This document shows, piece after piece, positions 53,107 to 60,003 of a DNA stretch of 60,003 nt; within the stretch, counting starts at the first letter, position 1, and the number at the start of each line of letters is the position of its first letter. The DNA lies in the NCBI GenBank assembly GCA_016933475.1, contig JAFGAW010000009.1, positions 1 to 60,003 on the forward strand, written 5' to 3'. Made by a program: the position numbers and the translations under genes. The DNA is from Thermoleophilia bacterium. Its GTDB lineage: Bacteria; Actinomycetota; Thermoleophilia; UBA2241. Below the pieces are notes generated by a model. The model was given only the letters and a program-made list of their open reading frames with translations. It searched no databases and was not told where the DNA came from.

Positions 53107-56100
53107 TCAGCTCACCTCCATGAAGAGCGCCTCTTCCTTGGCGAAGATCTGGTTCTCGGTGTAGTGATGCAGGGTGATCGCCTTGACCGGACACTCTGCC
53201 GAGCAGATGCCGCAGCCCTGACAGGCGGCCGCCTCGATGGTGGCCTTCTTGGTCTCCGGGTCGATCACGGGCACCTCGTACGGACAGACGCGGACGCAGG
53301 TGAGGCAGGCGGCACACTTGTCCGCGTCGACCTCGGCCACGACGCCGCCGGCCTTGAGAGCCGGTTTGGCCAGGATCGTGGCCGCCCGGCCGGCGGCCGC
53401 GTACGCCTGGCTGATGGCCTCGTCGATGCCCTTCGGGTAGTGCGCCGAGCCGCACAGGAAGATGCCCTCGCTGCCGAAGTCGACCGGACGCAGCTTGGGG
53501 TGCGCCTCGAGGAAGAAGCCGTCTCGCGTGAGGGGCACCTTGAGCAGCTTGCTGAGATCGTCGGCGCCGTCGGACGCTACCGCCGGTGTGGCGAGGACGA
53601 GGAGGTCGAGCGGCAGTGTCATGTCGCGAGCCAGGAAGGGGTCGCGGTACGCGACCTCGAGACGATCTCCCTCGACACTCACCTTCGGTTTGTCGTCCTT
53701 GTCGTAGCGTGTGAAGACGATGCCGAGCTCGCGCGCCTTCGTGTAGTACTCCTCGAGGAAGCCGAAGGTACGTACCTCCTTGTACCACATGTACACCGGG
53801 CGGTCGGGGTCCTGCTCCTTCAGCGCGATGGCGTTCTTGATGCTCTGCTGGCAGCAGGTCCGTGAGCAGTACGGCCTCTCTTCGTCGAGCGCCCCCGCGC
53901 AGAGGATGAAGCCCACGGCGCGCGCTTCGGCGACCTTCTGGTCGTTCTCCTTGAGCATGCGCTCGAGGTCCATGCCGGTGACGATGCTCGGGCTGGTGCC
54001 CAGTCCGTAGATCTCCGGGCGCTCCTCCTGCGAACCCGTGGCCACGACGACGACGCCGTGGTCGATCGGCGTCCGCTTGCCGTCCGCGGCCTCGATGACG
54101 CTGGAGAAGTTGCCGATGAAGCCGTGGAAGTCGACGACTTCGCTCTGCAGGTGGATCTTGACGTTGGGGTTGTCGACGAGTCGTTGCTCGAGCTCGGCCA
54201 CGAACGTCGTCGCGTCGCCGCCGCGGATCGTCGGGCCCAACTCGAGGACGTGGCCGCCCAGCTTGGAGCCGCGCTCGACGAGGTAGGCCTCGTGTCCCAT
54301 CTCGGCGAGGGCCAGTGCGGCGGTCATGCCGGCGAGGCCGCCGCCGACGACCAGTGCCGAGTGCGTGAGCGGTACGTCGATCCGGTAGAGCGGCTCCAGG
54401 TACCGGGCCCTCGCGACCGCCATGCGGACGAGCTCCTTGGCCGCTTCGGTGGCCTTCTGCGGATCGTCCTTGTGCACCCACGACCCCTGGTCCCGGATGT
54501 TGGCCATCTCGAAGAGGAAGGGGTTGACGCCCGCCTCCCGCAGGGTGTCCTGGAAGATGGGCTCGTGCGTGCGCGGCGTGCAGCTCGAGACGACGAGCCG
54601 GTTGAGCTTCTGGTCCTGCACGGTGTCGCGCATGAGCTGCAGCGCGTCGTTGCCGCACGCGTACATGACGTCGGCGGCGAAGGCCACGCCGGGGAGCGTC
54701 TTGGCGTACTCGGCGACGTCCTCGACGTCGATGACGCCGGCGATGTTGGAGCCGCAGTGACAGACGAAGACGCCGACGCGCGCGTCCTCGTCGGTGGTGT
54801 CGCGCTCCGGCGGGTACTCCTTCTCGACGGTGAGCGTGCCGCGCGAATCGGCAAGGCGGGTCATGACCTGCGCGGCGGCCCCAGAGGCCTGCGCGACTGA
54901 GTCGGGGATGTCCTTGGGCTCACCGAAGGGGCCGATGACGAGGACGCCCTCGCGGCTCGTCGCCATCGGCTCGAACTCCTCCAGCTTGCAGAAGCCGTGG
55001 CGGTTGAGCGCGATGCCGAGCCGCCCGGCCGCCTCCTGGCCCTTGCGTGCGGGCTCGAGGCCGGCGGACAGGACGACCAGGTCGTACTCGCTGGTGCGCA
55101 TGCGCCCCTGCTCGTCCTCCCACGTGATGCTGAGGTCCTTCGTCTTCGGGTCTTCCTTGATGGTGGACGGGCGCGAGCGGATGAACTTGATGCCGAGCGC
55201 CTGACCGCGATGGTAGAAGTCGTCGAACCCCTTGCCGTGCGCGCGCATGTCCATCATGAAGATCTCGGGCTTCGCGTCGGGCACGTGGTCGACGGTCATC
55301 ATCGCCTGCTTGTTGGCGTACATGCAGCAGACGCTCGAGCAGTACTCGTGCGACTGGTCGCGCGAGCCGACGCACTGGATGAAGGCGATACGTGTCGGGT
55401 GGCTGCCGTCGGAAGGCCGCTTGATGTCGCCCATGCTCGGCCCCGACGAGCTCATCAGGCGCTCGTACTCGAGAGCGCTGAGGACGTTCGGGTACCGACG
55501 GTAGCCGTACTCGCTCGCCTTGCCGGGGTCGTGGAGGTCGAAGCCGGTGGCCATGACCACGGCGCCGACGTCGAGGGTGACCTCGCTGTCGCGGTCGTCG
55601 TGGAGCAGGGCGCCGGGCCCGCAGGCGCGGACGCACTCGAAGCACTCGGAGCAGACGGCGCAGTCGAGGCAGCGCTTGGCCTCGGCGACGGCCTGCTCCT
55701 CGGTGAAGCCCGTGTTGACCTCGTCCCAGACGGTCTTGCGCGCGGCGCCCGCCAGCTGGGGCATGGGCATGCGCGCCATCACCTCGGTCTTGGCGAGCAC
55801 TTCGTCGTCGGGTTTGGCCTCGTCCATGAGCTCGTCCCAGACGGGCACGAGCTCCTCGCCGCGGAGGTGGTTGTGGATGCTGCGCGCAGCACGACGGCCC
55901 GCGGCGACCGCCTCGATGGCGGTCCAGGGTGCGCTCGCCGCGGCGTCGCCGCCGGCGAACACGCCGGCCCGGCCGGTCGCATGGGTCTTCTTGTCGGCGA
56001 CGATCTGGCCGCGCTCGACCTCGATGCCCGAGGCGCCCTGCGCGAAGTCGTCGACCATGCTCTGGCCGATGGCGAAGATGATCGTGTCGCCGTCCAGGTC

Positions 56101-57549
56101 GTGCTCGGTGCCGTCGAGCCGTACGGGCGGCCGCCAGCCGCGAGCATCCGGCTCGCCCAGCGCGCACGAGCTGAACGTGACGCCGCAGGCCTGACCGTTC
56201 TGGTCGAGCTTGATCGCGTCGGGCATGCAGGAGCAGTTGTAGAGGATGCTCTCCGCCAGGCCCTCCTCGATCTCCTCGTCGGAGGCCGGGATCGTCGCGT
56301 CGTCCTCGATGCAGTTGATGACGACCTGCTCGGCTCCGAGGCGCAAGGCGGTGCGGCCGGCGTCGAAGGCGACGTCGCCGCCGCCGATGACGATGACCTT
56401 CTTGCCGATCTCGACCGGTTCGCCGGCGGTGGCCTTGTAGAGGACGCTGACGGCGTCCAGCACGTTGGGCGCGTCGGCGCCGGGGATCGGGAGCGTACGG
56501 CCGCCCTGCAGGCCGACGGCCAGGTAGACGGCCTTGTAGCCGTCGTCGAGCAGCGCGTCGACGGTGAAGTCGACGCCGCACTTCTTGCCGCACTGCAGGT
56601 CGACGCCGAGCGCGAGGATGCGATCGACGTCCTGCTGCAGGGCGGTCTTGGGCAGGCGATACTCGGGGATGCCGAAGCGCAGCATGCCACCCGGCTCGGC
56701 CTTGCTCTCGAACACGGTGGTCTGGTAGCCGAGCAGGGCGAGCTCGCGGGCGGCCGTCATGCCGCTCGGTCCGGCCCCGACGACGGCGACCTTCTCGTCG
56801 TACTTGACCTCGGCCTTGCCGGGCAGCGGGACGTTGGCGTTGGCGAAGTCGGTGACGAAGCGCTTGAGGCTGCGGATGGCGATGGGTTCGTCGACTTCAC
56901 CGCGGGTGCAATCGACCTCGCAGTTGGCTGTGCAGACGCGCCCGCACACGGCCGGGAAGGGGTTGGGCTCGCTGGCGACCGTGTACGCCTCGGCGAACCG
57001 GCCCTCGCGGATGAGAGCCACGTAGCCCTGCGCCGACGTCGCCGCTGCGCAGGCGCGCTTGCACGGCGAGTGACCCTTCTTGGTCACCGCGTAGGTGCTG
57101 GGGATGGCCTGCGGGAAGAGCTTGAAGATCGCCGTGCGCGTGCCGAGCTCCTCGTTGTACGTGTCCGGGACCCTGACCGGACACACGGCGACGCACTCGC
57201 CGCAGCTCGTGCACTTGTCGGGGTCGACGAACCTCGCGTGCCGGAACACCTTGGCCTTGAAATCGCCGGGAGCACCCTCGAGCTCGACGAGCTCGGAGTT
57301 GGTGATGGTCTCGATGTTGAGGTGTCGCCCGATCTCGGTCAGCTTCGGCCCCATGATGCACATGGCGCAGTCGTTGGTGGGGAAGACCTTGTCGAGCTGC
57401 GACATGTGCCCGCCGAGGGCCGGGGCCTTCTCGACGAGGTAGACCTTGTAGCCACCCTCGGCCAGGTCGAGAGAACACTGGATGCCGGCGATTCCTCCGC
57501 CCACGACAAGGGCGGCGCCGGTCGACTTGGGTGGACGGTCCGACGGCAT
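53107..57549 (-). CDS. hdrA: Giant HdrA-like flavoprotein (1480 aa): an HdrA module interrupted by a GltD/NfnB-like NAD(P)H oxidoreductase module, followed by a second HdrA module and a 2x[4Fe-4S] ferredoxin domain
   Basis: ALVVGGGIAGIQCSLDLAE...FPTNDCAMCI (HdrA N-terminus). VCGRVCTANCEVDC, VAVVGAGPSGMTAA, VIVIGGGDVAFDAG, GVFAGGD (GltD-like). IQCVGSRD...CSSVCCMY, VFVCHCGSNI, LVVSSCTPRTHE (HdrA core). ALVVGGGLAGMTAAL...CSRTCCQQ (second HdrA). CAACLTCVRVCP...CQGCGICSAECP. I chose ATG 57549, 7 nt after GAAGGAG. Confidence 0.85.
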   Translation of the reverse strand: MPSDRPPKSTGAALVVGGGIAGIQCSLDLAEGGYKVYLVEKAPALGGHMSQLDKVFPTNDCAMCIMGPKLTEIGRHLNIETITNSELVELEGAPGDFKAKVFRHARFVDPDKCTSCGECVAVCPVRVPDTYNEELGTRTAIFKLFPQAIPSTYAVTKKGHSPCKRACAAATSAQGYVALIREGRFAEAYTVASEPNPFPAVCGRVCTANCEVDCTRGEVDEPIAIRSLKRFVTDFANANVPLPGKAEVKYDEKVAVVGAGPSGMTAARELALLGYQTTVFESKAEPGGMLRFGIPEYRLPKTALQQDVDRILALGVDLQCGKKCGVDFTVDALLDDGYKAVYLAVGLQGGRTLPIPGADAPNVLDAVSVLYKATAGEPVEIGKKVIVIGGGDVAFDAGRTALRLGAEQVVINCIEDDATIPASDEEIEEGLAESILYNCSCMPDAIKLDQNGQACGVTFSSCALGEPDARGWRPPVRLDGTEHDLDGDTIIFAIGQSMVDDFAQGASGIEVERGQIVADKKTHATGRAGVFAGGDAAASAPWTAIEAVAAGRRAARSIHNHLRGEELVPVWDELMDEAKPDDEVLAKTEVMARMPMPQLAGAARKTVWDEVNTGFTEEQAVAEAKRCLDCAVCSECFECVRACGPGALLHDDRDSEVTLDVGAVVMATGFDLHDPGKASEYGYRRYPNVLSALEYERLMSSSGPSMGDIKRPSDGSHPTRIAFIQCVGSRDQSHEYCSSVCCMYANKQAMMTVDHVPDAKPEIFMMDMRAHGKGFDDFYHRGQALGIKFIRSRPSTIKEDPKTKDLSITWEDEQGRMRTSEYDLVVLSAGLEPARKGQEAAGRLGIALNRHGFCKLEEFEPMATSREGVLVIGPFGEPKDIPDSVAQASGAAAQVMTRLADSRGTLTVEKEYPPERDTTDEDARVGVFVCHCGSNIAGVIDVEDVAEYAKTLPGVAFAADVMYACGNDALQLMRDTVQDQKLNRLVVSSCTPRTHEPIFQDTLREAGVNPFLFEMANIRDQGSWVHKDDPQKATEAAKELVRMAVARARYLEPLYRIDVPLTHSALVVGGGLAGMTAALALAEMGHEAYLVERGSKLGGHVLELGPTIRGGDATTFVAELEQRLVDNPNVKIHLQSEVVDFHGFIGNFSSVIEAADGKRTPIDHGVVVVATGSQEERPEIYGLGTSPSIVTGMDLERMLKENDQKVAEARAVGFILCAGALDEERPYCSRTCCQQSIKNAIALKEQDPDRPVYMWYKEVRTFGFLEEYYTKARELGIVFTRYDKDDKPKVSVEGDRLEVAYRDPFLARDMTLPLDLLVLATPAVASDGADDLSKLLKVPLTRDGFFLEAHPKLRPVDFGSEGIFLCGSAHYPKGIDEAISQAYAAAGRAATILAKPALKAGGVVAEVDADKCAACLTCVRVCPYEVPVIDPETKKATIEAAACQGCGICSAECPVKAITLHHYTENQIFAKEEALFMEVS

Positions 57550-57829
57550 AGGCGAACTCCTTCGACGAGCGAGCGACTGGTCCATAAGCGTGGGTGACCG
57601 CAGACTCCACGACCCACCGGGATATGAGACCAGTATAGTCGAGCGCTCGCGCACCCGTCCACAAGCCCATGGCGCCTCGAGTGAGCCTCGTCAAGGGTTT
57701 GCGTGTGTACGGCGACTCCATTGGTTCCCCTCACCTGCGGGGCCGCGGCAGCGCCTATCATTGACGCGTGAGGCGCACCCCGGCGGCCGGCGGGGCCGCG
57801 CGAGCGAGTGTGTGAAAGGCAGGCCCGTG

Positions 57830-59341
57830 ATGACGACTGCACCCGCGCCCGGTCCTCCGGCCGAAGGGGCGGACCCGCCTCCGCCCGACTCCGTCGGAGA
57901 GACCGACGGCGTCGAGCCTGGCCCGGCGGGAGCCGCCCACCCACCGGCGTCGGGCCCGACCGGGGGAGCCGGTCCGCTCGGCTTCGACCCGGCCGAGATG
58001 CGTCTGCTGGGGCACTGGGTCGTCGACCGCGTCATCGAGCATCTCGAGGGGCTGCCGCGGAAGCCGGTGGTGCGGACCGGCACGCCCGCCGCGCTCGAGG
58101 CGGCCCTCGGCGGGCCGCCGCCCGAGTGCGGCGGCGACGCGCGTGAGGCGCTCGAGGTGCTCACGGGGGTCGCTCTCGAGCACATGCAGCACGGCGACCA
58201 CCCCCGCTACTTCGCCCGCGTCCCGAGTCCGTCCTCGTTCGCCGCGGTGCTCGCCGACTGGCTGGGCACCGGCTTCAACGCCATCGCCGCCTCGTGGGCC
58301 GGCGGGTCCGGTCCGACGACGGTCGAGCTCGTCGCGCTGGAATGGCTGCGCGAGCTGACGGGTCTGCCCCCGGGCACGGAGGGGATCATGACGAGCGGCG
58401 GCTCGGTGGCGAACCTGACGGCGCTGGCCGCGGCGCGGGCGGCCGAGGGGCCGGGGGTCTGCTACCTCTCCGACCAGGCCCATGCCTCGATCGGCCGCGG
58501 GTTGCGGGCGCTGGGGTTCCCGCCGGGTCACGTCCGCGTCCTGCCCTCCGACGAAGGACTGCGCCTGCCGCTCGCTGCACTGGCCGCCGCCGTCCGCACC
58601 GACGCGGCGGCCGGTGAGCGCCCGGGCTTCGTCGTCGCCACGGCGGGGACGACGAACACCGGCGCCGTCGACCCCCTGCCGGAGATCGCCGACCTCTGCC
58701 GGGCGGAGGGCCTCTGGCTGCACGTCGACGGTGCCTACGGCGCCGCGGCCGCTCTCTGCGACGCCGGCCGCCGCGCCCTCGCCGGTGTCGAGCGTGCCGA
58801 CTCGCTGGTGCTCGACCCGCACAAGTGGCTCTTCCAGCCGTACGACCTCGGCTGCGTCTTCGTCACGCGCCCGGGCGTGCTCGAGCGCGCCTTCACGATG
58901 ACCCCCGAATACCTCGCCGACGTCACGGGCACGGCGGGCGAGGTCGACCTGCGCGACCGCGGCCTCGAGCTCTCGCGCCGCGCGCGCGGGCTCAAGCTCT
59001 GGCTGACGTTCCGCGTGCACGGCGTCGCCCGGTTGCGTGAGGCGATCGCGCACGGCATCGGCCTGGCGGAACACGCCGAGCAGTCGGTGGCCGAAGACCC
59101 GCGCTGGGAGGTGGTCACACCGGCGTCCCTCGGCATCGTCACCTTCGCGCTGCGTGGGGCGGGACCCGAGGAGCACCGGGCTCGCGCCGCGGAGCTCGCG
59201 GAGAGCGGCTACGCGGCCGTGACCAGCACGCGCGTGCACGGCCGTCCGGTGCTGCGGTTGTGCACCATCAACCCGCGCACGACCCGCGACGACATCCTGG
59301 GGACGCTGGCCCGCCTGGGGGTGCGCCTCAGCGGCGTGTGA
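57830..59341 (+). CDS. PLP-dependent group II (aromatic-L-amino-acid/glutamate-type) decarboxylase
   Basis: HPRYFARVPSP, GIMTSGGSVANLTAL, VVATAGTTNTGAVDP, LHVDGAYGAAA, SLVLDPHKWLFQPYDLG (PLP Lys). Pro/Gly-rich N-terminal 50 aa. Confidence 0.85.
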   Translation: MTTAPAPGPPAEGADPPPPDSVGETDGVEPGPAGAAHPPASGPTGGAGPLGFDPAEMRLLGHWVVDRVIEHLEGLPRKPVVRTGTPAALEAALGGPPPECGGDAREALEVLTGVALEHMQHGDHPRYFARVPSPSSFAAVLADWLGTGFNAIAASWAGGSGPTTVELVALEWLRELTGLPPGTEGIMTSGGSVANLTALAAARAAEGPGVCYLSDQAHASIGRGLRALGFPPGHVRVLPSDEGLRLPLAALAAAVRTDAAAGERPGFVVATAGTTNTGAVDPLPEIADLCRAEGLWLHVDGAYGAAAALCDAGRRALAGVERADSLVLDPHKWLFQPYDLGCVFVTRPGVLERAFTMTPEYLADVTGTAGEVDLRDRGLELSRRARGLKLWLTFRVHGVARLREAIAHGIGLAEHAEQSVAEDPRWEVVTPASLGIVTFALRGAGPEEHRARAAELAESGYAAVTSTRVHGRPVLRLCTINPRTTRDDILGTLARLGVRLSGV

Positions 59342-59403
59342 GGCGCGCCCGGTCGGCGGTGTCCCGGCGCGGCCGGCGCAGCGGTGGCCGTGGGGAGCCG
59401 GCC

Positions 59404-60003
59404 TCAACGGCGCTCTGGGGCTCGGCCGAGGGTCGTCATGTAGATGACCGGCTCCTCGGGCGCGCCGACGCCGACCAGCGCGTCGGCCTCGTCGTCGTAG
59501 ATCGCCGCGATGTGACAGCTCTCGAGCCCGAGCGCGGTGGCGGCCAGGGCGAGGTTCTCGGCGATGTGGCCGACGTCGATGTAGACGTAGCGGTGGCCGC
59601 GCTGCCCGTACTTCCACATGGTGCGCGGCAGCACGGCGGACCACACCACGAGGCAGTCGCAGAGACCGGCGATGCCCTGGTCGAGCGCGGCCGCGGCGGC
59701 GCGGCGGCGGAGCTCGGGGGCCGGCGCCGTCTCGAGCTGCTCGAGCGTGTGGTCGAGGACGGCGTAGTGGTAGACCCCCGCCTCGAGGCCCTCGACCCGA
59801 TGTGCGACGAGGTAGGTCTCGACAGGGTACAGGCCGCCGGCCGACGGCGCCGTGCGGAAGGGGAAGCCGTCGGCCACCCGGCTGACGCCGCAGGCCGCCC
59901 AGACCGCGGCGCCGAGCTCGGCGAGAGTGAGCGGCGCCCCGCCGTAGCTGCGGCCGCTGTGGCGGGCGCGGAGCGCCCGCCACAGCGGGGCCTCCGGGTA
60001 CTC
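59404..60003 (-). CDS. SagB/ThcOx-type nitroreductase-fold dehydrogenase, 5' end outside the window
   Basis: The frame continues upstream of the track ORF to the window edge: EYPEAPLWRALRARHSGRSYGGAPLTLAELGAAVWAACGV...FRTAPSAGGLYPVETYLV...YIDVGHIAENLALAATALGL. Confidence 0.7.
   Translation of the reverse strand, partial: EYPEAPLWRALRARHSGRSYGGAPLTLAELGAAVWAACGVSRVADGFPFRTAPSAGGLYPVETYLVAHRVEGLEAGVYHYAVLDHTLEQLETAPAPELRRRAAAAALDQGIAGLCDCLVVWSAVLPRTMWKYGQRGHRYVYIDVGHIAENLALAATALGLESCHIAAIYDDEADALVGVGAPEEPVIYMTTLGRAPERR

Noticed and set aside
53107-57549. Selenocysteine (in-frame TGA) in the giant HdrA-like gene or in other hdr/mvhD genes.
   Set aside because: The 1480-codon frame is uninterrupted. 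No in-frame TGA is needed to obtain the full-length protein, and the positions concerned carry Cys codons.
57830-60003. PLP decarboxylase plus SagB-type dehydrogenase as a RiPP or thiazole/oxazole biosynthetic cluster.
   Set aside because: The genes are convergent, not co-transcribed. No YcaO cyclodehydratase, precursor peptide or transporter is visible before the window ends. The evidence is insufficient.

Overview
The window is very GC-rich (about 70% by eye), densely coding, and has no rRNA, tRNA, CRISPR array or mobile element that I could recognise. Gene content and regulatory motifs look like a Gram-positive or Actinobacteria-like organism: CGAAC-N4-GTTCG LexA boxes, NrdR boxes with nrdR-nrdJ, an Asp23/AmaP/DUF2273 cluster, plsY, a PadR-HAAS pair and a possibly leaderless-looking (start within a LexA box) or alternative GTG/TTG-start gene starts. 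I call about 58 CDS.

Main result: positions 18.9-26.3 kb hold a methylamine methyltransferase island. It runs TetR, a PotD-like binding protein, mtbB, mttB, a corrinoid protein and a non-Pyl MttB paralog. Both mtbB and mttB are interrupted by a single in-frame TAG at the position where archaeal homologues carry pyrrolysine. This implies amber-to-Pyl decoding in a high-GC bacterium. TAG is nevertheless still used as the ordinary stop for about a quarter of the genes in the window.

On the other strand, 49.4-57.5 kb is a tightly coupled operon, hdrA(giant, 1480 aa)-mvhD-metV-metF-hdrC-hdrB. This is an acetogen-type methylene-THF reductase/Hdr complex and a plausible sink for corrinoid-derived methyl groups.

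Other content:
- an SOS-controlled dnaE2-like polymerase, partial at the window edge
- two cation:proton antiporters
- hsp20-lon, with a Lys/Ala/Pro-rich tail on Lon
- sdhCDAB
- a DEDDh exonuclease fused to a GIY-YIG nuclease
- tandem SAM-methyltransferase paralogs
- a DUF438/hemerythrin/PAS sensor

Two structural oddities recur: tandem duplications of gene 3' ends including the stop codon, and an iteron-like array upstream of an RHH gene.

Limits: all calls come from reading the supplied ORF translations and the sequence by eye. Start codons are often uncertain. Family names rest on remembered motifs, not on searches.
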